Of a stretch of DNA of 64,000 bases, positions 1 through 8,596 are shown in pieces. Under the pieces are notes generated by a model. The model had not been told where the DNA came from and did not search any database. It worked only from the letters and a program-made list of their open reading frames with translations. The stretch's first letter is position 1, and every line of letters begins with the position of its first letter. Source of the stretch: Azorhizobium sp. AG788 (GTDB lineage: Bacteria; Pseudomonadota; Alphaproteobacteria; Rhizobiales; Xanthobacteraceae); NCBI GenBank assembly GCA_943369575.1, contig CALRNP020000001.1, forward strand, positions 1,129 to 65,128, given 5' to 3'. The position numbers and the translations under genes were made by a program.

Positions 1-619
1 CGGGGATGTCGAGTTGCGGCAGGCCCTGCAGGCGGATACGCCGGCCCGGCTCTCCATGGCAGGTGGAGCACGAGAAGTCGTTGATGGACGAGCGCCGATA
101 GAACAGGGATTCGCCGATTGCATAGGCCTCCTGCTCCTTAGGATGGACGAGCGGGACTGCGAGCTTCATGCCATTGGACTTGTTGGCGATGAAGGCGACG
201 AGATCCTCCATGTCCGAGCCGCGCCCCGGTCCTGAAAAGGGACGCGCCATGATCGGCTTGGTGTCGACGCCCTGGACCTTCTCCATGCACCACAAAAGCC
301 GCTGCTCGAGGTCCATCACCTTGTCCGCATCGGCGAAATAGCGCGGAAGGGCCGCGAATGCTCCCTCCAGTTTGCCGGGACCTTGGCCCAGATCGCAGGT
401 CTCCAGCGACACGTTCTTCGTGCCCCTCGGATCGGCCCAGATCGCCTCGCCGCGGTCTACGGCGAGATAGCCGGGATTGGCCATCGGATCGTTGATCATG
501 GCACGGTAGCGCTCGACCTCCTTCTCGCTCGCATCCTCCTGCGCCATGAGGGGCAGGAGGGGAACGAGGGTCAGAACGAAGGCGCACAGGCCCCTGATGA
601 GTGTGGCGTTGGGTTTCAT
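1..619 (-). CDS. soxA: SoxA, L-cysteine S-thiosulfotransferase cytochrome c subunit (5' part; the gene runs off the left edge)
   Basis: Absent from the ORF track because it has no stop inside the window. Reverse translation from ATG 619-617 (SD GGGAGG 4 nt upstream) gives [66 protein letters not shown]...[18 protein letters not shown]. This shows a signal peptide, one CxxCH heme motif and a by-eye match to the Paracoccus SoxA regions DNPAMVFVDRG and MSCANCHEDNAG. It lies next to soxYZB. Confidence 0.8.
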   Translation of the reverse strand, partial: MKPNATLIRGLCAFVLTLVPLLPLMAQEDASEKEVERYRAMINDPMANPGYLAVDRGEAIWADPRGTKNVSLETCDLGQGPGKLEGAFAALPRYFADADKVMDLEQRLLWCMEKVQGVDTKPIMARPFSGPGRGSDMEDLVAFIANKSNGMKLAVPLVHPKEQEAYAIGESLFYRRSSINDFSCSTCHGEPGRRIRLQGLPQLDIP

Positions 620-761
620 ATGTCCTCCCGAACGTGACAGCCCGCGCGATGGGCTTTCTGGCTGAAGCCCTTGAAGGCGCGCGGGATCCGACCATCGTGC
701 CGCCGCTCAATAGGCAGGGCCGATCTCCAGATAGCCTACTTTACATTCAAAAAAATCTATA

Positions 762-774
762 TCACAATATGTGA
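762..774. promoter_or_regulatory. Inverted repeat TCACA-ATA-TGTGA in the AT-rich soxA/soxY divergent intergenic region; candidate operator
   Basis: Read directly from the sequence: 5-bp perfect arms with a 3-nt spacer, inside the only AT-rich stretch (about 735-785) between the divergent sox start codons at 619 and 872. Confidence 0.3.
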
Positions 775-871
775 AATTGACTGATGACGGCGCGCCGCGC
801 TTCGTCTCCATCATCAAATAAAAATAATGACTTATGGGTCGGCGTTGCGCGTCGGCCGCGGGAGGAAACGG

Positions 872-1345
872 ATGACTTTTCACGTGGACGCCACCCTTGC
901 GCCCTCACGTCGGCGTGCGCTGCAACTGGTTGGATTTGCGGCCTTCGCCGCGGTGCTCGCGCCTCGCATGAGCCTTGCCACAGAGGCGGATGTGGCGGAC
1001 GAGATGCAGAAACTGTTCTCGGGCAAGAAGATCGGCGAAGGAAAAGTCAAGCTGGATCTGCCTGAGATCGCCGAAAATGGCTTGGTGGTTCCCATCAACA
1101 TCGATGTGGAAAGCCCCATGACCGAGACTGATTTCGTGAAGTCGGTCCATGTCTTTGCCGATGGCAATCCGCTTCCTCAGGTCGTCACCTATCATTTCAC
1201 GCCGGAGAGCGGGAAGGCCGCGGCCTCGACGCGGATGCGGCTGGCGCAGACGCAGAATGTGATTGCGGTGGCGGAGATGTCCTCCGGCGCGCTCTTTTCC
1301 GCCAAGGCGCAGGTGAAGGTGACCATCGGTGGCTGCGGCGGCTGA
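872..1345 (+). CDS. soxY: SoxY, sulfur-compound carrier protein
   Basis: C-terminal VKVTIGGCGG is the diagnostic SoxY GGCGG swinging-arm motif. There is a Tat-like signal (SRRRALQLVGFAAFAAVLAP). The start was moved from 827 to ATG 872, which has SD GGGAGGA upstream. Confidence 0.9.
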   Translation: MTFHVDATLAPSRRRALQLVGFAAFAAVLAPRMSLATEADVADEMQKLFSGKKIGEGKVKLDLPEIAENGLVVPINIDVESPMTETDFVKSVHVFADGNPLPQVVTYHFTPESGKAAASTRMRLAQTQNVIAVAEMSSGALFSAKAQVKVTIGGCGG

Positions 1346-1413
1346 GTGCCGCCTGAAGCGAACCACAATAATCGCGGGCAAAAATTGCCCCTTGAACGTG
1401 TTGGAGGACACTC

Positions 1414-1743
1414 ATGGCCATTAAATCCGCGCCCCGCGTGCGCGTGCCGGCACAAGCAAAAGCCGGTGAGATCATCGAAATCAAGACCCTGATTTCCCAT
1501 GAAATGGAAAGCGGTCAGCGCAAGGACGCCGCCGGCAAGACGGTGCCGCGCGACATCATCAATACGTTCGAGGCCTCGTTTAATGGCCGACCGTTCTTCA
1601 AAGCGGAATGGTTTCCCTCGATCTCTGCTAATCCTTATCAATCCTTTTTTTACAAAGCCAAGGAGAGTGGTGAATTCACTTTCTCCTGGAAGGATGATGC
1701 CGGGGCTGAGCAAAAGTCCACCGCAAAACTGACCGTCGCCTGA
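1414..1743 (+). CDS. soxZ: SoxZ, sulfur-compound chelating partner of SoxY
   Basis: 109 aa, immediately downstream of soxY. The sequence RVRVPAQAKAGEIIEIKTLISHEMESG is typical of SoxZ, and SD GGAGGA precedes the ATG. Confidence 0.9.
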   Translation: MAIKSAPRVRVPAQAKAGEIIEIKTLISHEMESGQRKDAAGKTVPRDIINTFEASFNGRPFFKAEWFPSISANPYQSFFYKAKESGEFTFSWKDDAGAEQKSTAKLTVA

Positions 1744-1852
1744 CGCCGAGATAAATCGCCGCCACTTATCTGCCTTTGAGGCGCGCAGTGCTGCCGTATC
1801 ACGTGCTGATCCGGAGGACGCGCCCCCATGACTTCTGGAAAGCGCGATCACT

Positions 1853-3544
1853 ATGATATCAAGGCGCGATTTTCTCTCAGCCGGAACGGCGCTTGCAGGC
1901 ATTCTTGCGGCGTCGGGCACGGGGCTGGCGCAGGCGGTCGGCGGGCAGCTGACGCAGAACGATCTTCTGAAGTTCGGGAAAGGCGGCACGTTCACGCTTC
2001 TGCACGTCACCGATATTCATGCGCAACTGCTTCCGCTCTACTTCCGTGAGCCATCGGTCAATCTGGGGGTGGGAGACGCGCGGGGCGTGCCGCCACACCT
2101 CACGGACATGGCCTTCCTCAATTATTTCAAAATGAAGCCCGGCACGCGCGACGCCTATGCACTGACCTCCGAGGATTTCACCGCCCTTGCCCGCAGCTAT
2201 GGCCGTATGGGCGGTGCGGATCGCCTTGCTACCCTGATCAAGGCCATCCGCGCCGAACGGGGGGCCGACAAGGTGCTGCTGCTGGACGGCGGCGACGGGT
2301 TGCAGGGCTCCTGGTCATCGCTGAAGACCCAGGGCGAAGATATGGTGCGGGTGTTCTCTGCCCTCGGGCTCGATGCCATGGTGGGGCATTGGGAGTTCAC
2401 CTATGGCGCCGACCGGGTCACCCAGATCAAGGAGACCGCTCCCTTCGCCTTCCTGGCCCAGAATGTCCGCTCGGTCGAATGGCAGGAGCCGGTCTTCGAC
2501 GCCGTGAAGACCTTCGAGAAGGGCGGCGCCAGGATCGCGGTCATCGGCCAGGCCTTTCCCCGCACTCCCATCGCCAACCCCCGCTGGATGATCCCGGACT
2601 GGGAATTCGGCATTCGCGAGGAGGAGATGCAGAAGCAGGTCGATGCCGCCCGTGCCGAGGGGGCGGACGTGGTGGTTCTGCTCTCCCACAATGGCTTCGA
2701 CGTGGACCGCAAGATGGCCTCGCGGGTGAAGGGCATCGACGTGGTGCTCACCGCCCATACGCACGATGCCATGCCCGCGGTGACCCAAGTGGGCAAGACC
2801 CTGCTGATCGCCACCGGGTCTCACGGCAAATTTCTCTCGCGCCTCGATCTTGATGTGCAGGACAAGAAAGTCACCGGATACAGGTTCCAGTTGATCCCGG
2901 TATTTTCGGACGTGATCGCGCCGGACCCGGACATGGCCAAACTGGTGTCGGATATCCGCGCCCCTTATGCCAAGGACCTCGCCCGCGAGGTGGGGCGCGC
3001 CGACAGCCTGCTCTACCGGCGCGGCAACTTCAACGGCACCTTCGACGACATGATCTGCGACGCGCTCATGCAGGAGCGTGACGCGGAGATCGCTCTCTCT
3101 CCAGGCTTTCGTTGGGGAGGAACACTGCTTCCAGGCGACCCCATCTCCTTCGAGACCATCTCCAACGCCACCGCCATCACCTATCCTGCTTGCTACCGCA
3201 ACACCATGACCGGAAAGCAACTGAAGGACGTATTGGAAGATGTTGCTGACAACATCTTCCATCCCGATCCCTATTTCCAGGGCGGCGGCGACATGGTGCG
3301 GGTGGGTGGCGTCGGTTATGCCATCGACGTTGCCAAGGGCGTGGGCCAACGCATTTCCGATCTCACCTTGCTGAAGACGGGAAAGCCGCTCGAGGCAGAC
3401 AAGGCCTATACGGTCGCCGGCTGGGCCTCGGTCGCCCAGAACGTGGAAGGTCCGCCGGTCTGGGAGATAGTGGAACGCTATGTGGCGGGTGCAAAGACGG
3501 TGAAGATCATGCCCAATGCGTCGGTGAAGGTGACGGGAGCCTGA
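1853..3544 (+). CDS. soxB: SoxB, thiosulfohydrolase (5'-nucleotidase/metallophosphoesterase fold)
   Basis: 563 aa with Tat signal MISRRDFLSAGTALAG. Metallophosphoesterase motifs are present (LLHVTDIHAQ, LLLDGGD, GHWEF, LSHNG, AHTH). The position after soxYZ also fits. Confidence 0.9.
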   Translation: MISRRDFLSAGTALAGILAASGTGLAQAVGGQLTQNDLLKFGKGGTFTLLHVTDIHAQLLPLYFREPSVNLGVGDARGVPPHLTDMAFLNYFKMKPGTRDAYALTSEDFTALARSYGRMGGADRLATLIKAIRAERGADKVLLLDGGDGLQGSWSSLKTQGEDMVRVFSALGLDAMVGHWEFTYGADRVTQIKETAPFAFLAQNVRSVEWQEPVFDAVKTFEKGGARIAVIGQAFPRTPIANPRWMIPDWEFGIREEEMQKQVDAARAEGADVVVLLSHNGFDVDRKMASRVKGIDVVLTAHTHDAMPAVTQVGKTLLIATGSHGKFLSRLDLDVQDKKVTGYRFQLIPVFSDVIAPDPDMAKLVSDIRAPYAKDLAREVGRADSLLYRRGNFNGTFDDMICDALMQERDAEIALSPGFRWGGTLLPGDPISFETISNATAITYPACYRNTMTGKQLKDVLEDVADNIFHPDPYFQGGGDMVRVGGVGYAIDVAKGVGQRISDLTLLKTGKPLEADKAYTVAGWASVAQNVEGPPVWEIVERYVAGAKTVKIMPNASVKVTGA

Positions 3545-3637
3545 CGTCGATGCCGCGGGGTCTTCGCTTTGCGTCTTGCGCAGGATTTTCGTCAATACAT
3601 TCAAATAGTCGAATAGTAGAATATTTGGGAGGGCGCC

Positions 3638-4960
3638 ATGTCCGACACTGAAGGATCCTCCATCAGCCGTTCTGCCGAAAGCGGTCCTGCGACGCATCTG
3701 TCGCGACGCCGGTTTCTGTCCGTGGCGGGGGCAGGCGCGGGGGCCGCGGCGGCCAGTGCCGGCTCATTTTTCGCGGGGTCAGCCGCTGCTGCCGAGCCTG
3801 ATCCCAACATCGTGCCGGTGCCCGATTGGTCTAAAACGCTGGGCGCGGGGGTGAACGTCAACCCTTACGGCAAGCCGTCCAAGTTCGAGAAGGACGTGGT
3901 GCGGCGCGAGGTGGACTGGCTCACCGCCAGCCATGAAAGCTCGGTAAGCTTCACCCCACTCTATGCCCTCGATGGCGTCATCACGCCCAGCGGCCTGTGC
4001 TTCGTGCGCCATCACGGCGGCGAGGCGGAGATCGAGCCGGACAAGTATCGTTTGATGATCCACGGCATGGTGGACAAGCCGCTGGTGTTCACGCTTGAGG
4101 ATATCAAGCGCATGCCCGGCCGGGTCAATCGCGCCTATTTCCTGGAGTGCGCGGCGAATTCCGGCATGGAGTGGCGTGGCGCACAATTGAACGGCTGCCA
4201 GTTCACCCACGGCATGATCCATAATGTCTATTACACCGGCATTCCGCTGCGCAGCCTTCTGGACATGGCCGGCGTGAAGCCGAAGGGCAAATGGGTGCTG
4301 GCTGAGGGCGCCGATGCCGCGGTGATGACCCGCTCAATACCTATCGAGAAGGCTCTTGACGATTGCCTGGTGGCCTTCGCCATGAACGGGGAGGCGCTAC
4401 GGCCGGAGCAGGGCTACCCGGTGCGCCTGGTGGTGCCCGGCTGGGAAGGCAACATGTGGGTCAAGTGGCTGCGCCGGCTCAAGGTGGGCGACCAGCCGTG
4501 GCAGCAGCGCGAAGAGACTTCGAAATACACTGACCTCCTTGCCGATGGTCGTTCGCGCCGCTTCACCTTCATCATGGATGCCAAGTCCGTGGTTACGAGC
4601 CCCAGCCCGCAGGCGCCCCTGAAGATGAAGGGGCCGAATGTGCTGTCCGGCATCGCATGGTCCGGGCGTGGCGCCATCCGGCGGGTGGATGTCTCTCTGG
4701 ACGGAGGGCGGAATTGGACCACCGCACGCATCGAGGGCCCGAATACGCCCATGTCCATGGTGCGCTTCTATCTCGACTTCGACTGGGGTGGGGAAGAACT
4801 GATGGTGCAGTCGCGCGCCATGGATGACACCGGGTACGTGCAGCCGACCAAGCAAGAGCTTCGCGCCATTCGCGGCACCAACTCCATCTATCACAACAAC
4901 GGCATCCAGACGTGGCTGGTGCGCTCCAATGGGGAGACGGAAAATGTGGAAGTCGGCTGA
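3638..4960 (+). CDS. soxC: SoxC, sulfane dehydrogenase molybdopterin subunit (sulfite-oxidase family)
   Basis: 440 aa with Tat signal SRRRFLSVAGAG. Sulfite-oxidase-type Moco and dimerisation domains are recognisable (FVRHHGG, ECAANSG, GYPVRLVVPGWEGNMWVKWLRRL). It is followed by the overlapping soxD. Confidence 0.85.
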   Translation: MSDTEGSSISRSAESGPATHLSRRRFLSVAGAGAGAAAASAGSFFAGSAAAAEPDPNIVPVPDWSKTLGAGVNVNPYGKPSKFEKDVVRREVDWLTASHESSVSFTPLYALDGVITPSGLCFVRHHGGEAEIEPDKYRLMIHGMVDKPLVFTLEDIKRMPGRVNRAYFLECAANSGMEWRGAQLNGCQFTHGMIHNVYYTGIPLRSLLDMAGVKPKGKWVLAEGADAAVMTRSIPIEKALDDCLVAFAMNGEALRPEQGYPVRLVVPGWEGNMWVKWLRRLKVGDQPWQQREETSKYTDLLADGRSRRFTFIMDAKSVVTSPSPQAPLKMKGPNVLSGIAWSGRGAIRRVDVSLDGGRNWTTARIEGPNTPMSMVRFYLDFDWGGEELMVQSRAMDDTGYVQPTKQELRAIRGTNSIYHNNGIQTWLVRSNGETENVEVG

Positions 4961-5744
4961 GGCACTGATCATCGCCGCCGTCCTGGCCGGCACCCTCGCC
5001 ATCGCTTCCGTCTCTGTCGCCGCCGATCCCGCAGTTCCCCAGGCCAAGGGCGAACCGACGAAGAAGGGCGCGCAGGTCAAGGGCGAAACAGCCCAGACCA
5101 AGGGCCAACAGGCGGGCCATATGCCGGCCGGGGCTGGTGCGCGCGCGGCTCCCGCGAAAGTCATTCTCCTCGGCCGGCCCGCCGTGCCTGAGGAAATCGC
5201 GGCCTGGAACATCGACGTGCGCCCAGATGGCGAGGGTCTTCCCGAGGGGAAGGGCTCAGTCAAGCAAGGCGAGGAGATCTTCTTGCAGAACTGCGCCGCC
5301 TGCCACGGCGAGTTCGGCGAAGGCGTCGGCCGCTGGCCGGTACTCGCGGGCGGCAAAGGGACGTTAAAATCCGATCGGCCGGACAAGACGATCGGCTCCT
5401 TCTGGCCCTATGCGTCCACCGTCTTCGACTATGTCCATCGGGCCATGCCGTTCGGTAATAGCCAGTCACTCACTGCGGATGAGACCTACGCACTGGTCGC
5501 CTATCTTCTCAACCTCAACGAGGTGGTGCCGGACTACTTCGTGCTCTCCAAAGAGAATTTTCCCAAGGTGAACCTTCCCAATGCGGCGGCCTTCTATGAT
5601 GACGACCGGGAGACCGCTGAAAGATCGTTCTGGAAGTCCGCCCCCTGCATGAAGGACTGCTCCGGCGAGGTGCATGTGACCGCCCGCGCCCAGATCCTCA
5701 ATGTGACGCCGGACAGCGATCCCCCGAAGGGCAATCTGGAGTGA
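4944..5744 (+). CDS. soxD: SoxD, cytochrome c subunit of SoxCD
   Basis: ATG 4944 (SD GGAGA) overlaps the soxC stop, which suggests translational coupling. It has an N-terminal membrane or signal segment and one heme motif, CAACHG. The ORF-track start at 4824 lies inside soxC and was rejected. Confidence 0.7.
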   Translation: MWKSAEALIIAAVLAGTLAIASVSVAADPAVPQAKGEPTKKGAQVKGETAQTKGQQAGHMPAGAGARAAPAKVILLGRPAVPEEIAAWNIDVRPDGEGLPEGKGSVKQGEEIFLQNCAACHGEFGEGVGRWPVLAGGKGTLKSDRPDKTIGSFWPYASTVFDYVHRAMPFGNSQSLTADETYALVAYLLNLNEVVPDYFVLSKENFPKVNLPNAAAFYDDDRETAERSFWKSAPCMKDCSGEVHVTARAQILNVTPDSDPPKGNLE

Positions 5745-5803
5745 GGTTCGCCCGCTGGCCGTTGACCACCTCCGTCTGCAACCATCCCGGAAAGGAACCT
5801 CGG

Positions 5804-6202
5804 GTGCGAAAGATTTTCCAGCTTGCAACCCTCTTCGTGCTCGCCGCAGCCAGCCATGCCATGGCGGAGCCGGATGCCGCGGTGGGCGAGTCGGTCTTCA
5901 AGAAGTGCATGGCGTGCCACGCCATCGGGCCGGACGCCAAGCCGAAGGTGGGGCCGCCGCTGAACGGCATCGTCGGGGCGAAGTGGGCGCATTTCGAAGG
6001 CTATTCTTATTCTCAGGACCTCAAGGACGGCGGCGCTGCAGGAAAAGTCTGGGACGCTGCAACGCTCAGCGCGTATCTTGAAAATCCGAAGGCGCTCGCC
6101 CCCAAAGGCAAAATGGGGTTTGCGGGCCTCAAGAAGGATACCGAGCGTGCGGATCTCATCGCGTACCTCGCTCAGTTCGATGCCAATGGCGTGAAGAAAT
6201 GA
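5804..6202 (+). CDS. Class I c-type cytochrome (c2/c550-like; SoxE-like position)
   Basis: Contains CMACH plus GPPLNGIVG, and GKMGFAGL with a distal Met. The signal peptide is VRKIFQLATLFVLAAASHAMA if the GTG at 5804 is used. The ORF-track start at 5741 overlaps the end of soxD. Confidence 0.7.
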   Translation: MRKIFQLATLFVLAAASHAMAEPDAAVGESVFKKCMACHAIGPDAKPKVGPPLNGIVGAKWAHFEGYSYSQDLKDGGAAGKVWDAATLSAYLENPKALAPKGKMGFAGLKKDTERADLIAYLAQFDANGVKK

Positions 6203-6370
6203 GCGCGAGGAATGGCGGGATTTGCACCGCTCAAACTGTTGTCGCGCCGCGTGCGTGTCGATGTTTGGCAGGCCGGATCGAAGCCTGAATTTTGCGCTTG
6301 TGTTCCCCGGTACGCCAGCGCTCGAAACGACACCAAGGCGCGCTAAGCGCTGCATGACGGGAGGGAGACA

Positions 6371-6877
6371 ATGCCCCATTTCGACCGCCGGGCTTTTCTC
6401 GGCACCATGGCGCTTGCGGGCACAATTCCTGTCGCGGCGCATGCCGCGCAGAATAGTCAACTCGCGGATATTTCGAAGGAAGCCGACAGCGCCTGCCTCT
6501 ATCACTGCGACTATGGCGACCCTGAGCGTTTCACACAGACCTTGAACAATATCTCGAACCATTATGCGGCCTATGGCGCGGACCCGTTCGCCATCCAACT
6601 GGTGTTGGTGGCTCATGCGGGCGGGGTGAAGTTCTTTCTCGACAACCTGGCTGGTACCATGTGGGCGAAAGAGACGATCGATCCGCAACTGACGGAAAAG
6701 GCCGATTCCCTCGCCAAGAATGGCCTCAAGGTTTATTTGTGCTCGTTGACCTTCGAGCGGAACAACCTTGATAAAGAGAGGGCGCGCAAGGCGCCCTATA
6801 TCAGCTTCGTGCCGTCTGGGGTTGCCACCGTCGGTGCACTGCAGAACAAAGGTTTCGCCTATCTCAAGGTCGGATGA
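6371..6877 (+). CDS. DsrE/DsrF-like family protein (COG1416-like) with a Tat signal
   Basis: 168 aa. MPHFDRRAFLGTMALAGTIPVAAHA looks like a twin-arginine leader. The core (LYHCDYGDPERF...LVLVAHAGGVKFF...LKVYLCSLTF) matches the small DsrE-like family by eye. Confidence 0.65.
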   Translation: MPHFDRRAFLGTMALAGTIPVAAHAAQNSQLADISKEADSACLYHCDYGDPERFTQTLNNISNHYAAYGADPFAIQLVLVAHAGGVKFFLDNLAGTMWAKETIDPQLTEKADSLAKNGLKVYLCSLTFERNNLDKERARKAPYISFVPSGVATVGALQNKGFAYLKVG

Positions 6878-6881
6878 CCCC

Positions 6882-8192
6882 ATGGCTGTTGATCCTGTCG
6901 CCATTAACCCGGCGGGCGATGGGGGGGTGATCTCCCGTCGGGCCTTGCTGGGCGTGGCGGCATGGGCTGCGGGCACGGTGGCGGCGCCCTGCGTGCGTGC
7001 GCAGGCCAAGCCCCGGCTGGTCATCGTCGGCGGTGGCGCCGGGGGCGCGTCGCTGGCCCGTGCGGTGGTCTCCGACAGTTCCGGCGCGATTGCCGTAACG
7101 CTCGTGGAACCCAATGCGCTGTACTTCGCCTGCTTCCAATCCAATTACGCGCTCGGTGGCCTGAGCGGCCTCGACAACCTGCTGTTTTCGTATGATGCGC
7201 TGGCGAAGACGGGCGTTGAGGTGGTGCCGGCCACGGCATCGGCCATCGACCGCGATCGCCGCGAGGTCAGGCTCACGGATGGTCGGCGCCTGCGCTATGA
7301 CCGTCTGGCGCTGTCGCCTGGCATCGACCTAAAATACGACAGCGTTCCGGGCTGGAGCCGAGATGGCGCGGACGCAATGCCCCACGCCTGGTCCGGCGAA
7401 CGGCAATTCCAGATTCTCCAGGCGCGGTTCGATGCGGTGCCGGACGGCGGTCTGATCGTCATTATCGCGCCGCCAAATCTCGCGCGGTGCCCGCCGGCAC
7501 CTTATGAGCGCGCCTCGATGATGGCGTATGCGCTGAAGGCGTCCGGCCGGGGGCGGGCGAAGATCATCATTCTGGATCCCAAGCCGAAGTTCCCCAAGCA
7601 GGGCCTTTTCCAGGAGGGCTGGGAAGTCCTTTACCCTGGCATGATCGAATGGATGGCGCCGGACATTTCGGATGGTATCCAGTCGGTGGATCCCAAGACC
7701 GGCACCGTGGTCACCGGGTTTGAGACCTACGCCAACGCCGATCTTGTGAACGTCATCCCCGCGCAATGGGCCGGTACGATCGCCCATGCGGCCGGGCTCG
7801 TGGATGCCGCGGGATGGTGCCCGGTCGAGCCACGCACGCTCGCTTCGCTCATAGACCGGAACATCTTCGTCATCGGCGATGCCGCCTTCGCTGGCGACAT
7901 GCCGAAATCCGCGTTCGCCGCCCATAACCAGGCTCAAGCCGTTGCCTCTGTGCTGCATACCGAGTGGCTGGGTCGTGATATTCCCCCGTCCAGCTATGCG
8001 AATGTGTGCTGGAGTGCCATCGCGGGTGATGACGTGGTGAAGGAAAGTAGCCGCTATGCAATTTCGGACGGCAAGATCCGCGAAACCGAAATCCAGCTCT
8101 CGCAGACCGGCGAAACCGCCGATCTGCGCCGCCAGCAGCGTGCGGAGCAGGCCGCCTGGTATGAGGCTATGACGGGCGGCGTCTTTCGGTGA
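6882..8192 (+). CDS. soxF: SoxF / flavocytochrome c sulfide dehydrogenase flavoprotein subunit (FccB-like)
   Basis: Tat signal (ISRRALLGVAAWAAG) and FAD-binding motif RLVIVGGGAGGAS. The C-terminal part is FCSD-like (FVIGDAA...). The start was moved from 6768 to ATG 6882, just after the upstream stop. Confidence 0.8.
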   Translation: MAVDPVAINPAGDGGVISRRALLGVAAWAAGTVAAPCVRAQAKPRLVIVGGGAGGASLARAVVSDSSGAIAVTLVEPNALYFACFQSNYALGGLSGLDNLLFSYDALAKTGVEVVPATASAIDRDRREVRLTDGRRLRYDRLALSPGIDLKYDSVPGWSRDGADAMPHAWSGERQFQILQARFDAVPDGGLIVIIAPPNLARCPPAPYERASMMAYALKASGRGRAKIIILDPKPKFPKQGLFQEGWEVLYPGMIEWMAPDISDGIQSVDPKTGTVVTGFETYANADLVNVIPAQWAGTIAHAAGLVDAAGWCPVEPRTLASLIDRNIFVIGDAAFAGDMPKSAFAAHNQAQAVASVLHTEWLGRDIPPSSYANVCWSAIAGDDVVKESSRYAISDGKIRETEIQLSQTGETADLRRQQRAEQAAWYEAMTGGVFR

Positions 8193-8549
8193 TGGGGTAA
8201 GGTTCGGCGGTGGGCCGACCTCCGGTGGCCAGCAACCGGCACGATCGGCATGCGGGCGGAAAGACGCGCGGTTCCGGTTCGAGGGATGCCTTCGAACCCG
8301 ATTTCGTGGTTTGAGAGGGCTACCTGTTCGGCGCGAGCGCAACGGGCGCGATGGCCTCGCCACCAAAGAGGAACGGTTCGTGGCCTGGCCGGGGCGGGGA
8401 GCAGTGCATTGTACCATTTGTCAGGCTGAACAGGAGTTCATCAAGCGGGAAGTGACTGTCGCACGCCCTCATGCCACCGCAACGCGAGTATCTACTGTAC
8501 GCAGCTAGAATTTCATTCGCTTAAAGCTACATGTGCATATAAATTTTAG

Positions 8550-8566
8550 GCCATATTATATATGGC
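8550..8566. repeat. Perfect 17-bp palindrome GCCATAT-TAT-ATATGGC inside an AT-rich islet
   Basis: Read directly from the sequence. It lies between the convergent 3' ends of soxF (8192) and the LysR gene (8597). Confidence 0.6.
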
Positions 8567-8596
8567 GTCTGTGGAAAATAATTTCAAAGTACAGAT

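Noticed and set aside
14-710. ORFs 14-235 (+) and 138-710 (-) at the left edge
   Set aside because: Both are out of frame with, or antisense to, the edge-truncated soxA reading frame. That frame has a signal peptide, a heme motif, an SD and a proper ATG at 619.
5594-7144. 516-aa minus-strand ORF across soxD, cytochrome c, DsrE-like and soxF
   Set aside because: It is antisense to four motif-supported plus-strand genes and contains no recognisable domain, so I treat it as a GC-driven shadow ORF.
8311-8508. 65-aa ORF in the soxF/LysR spacer
   Set aside because: It has no SD, mixed third-position composition, no recognisable motif and a TTG start. It is treated as non-coding.
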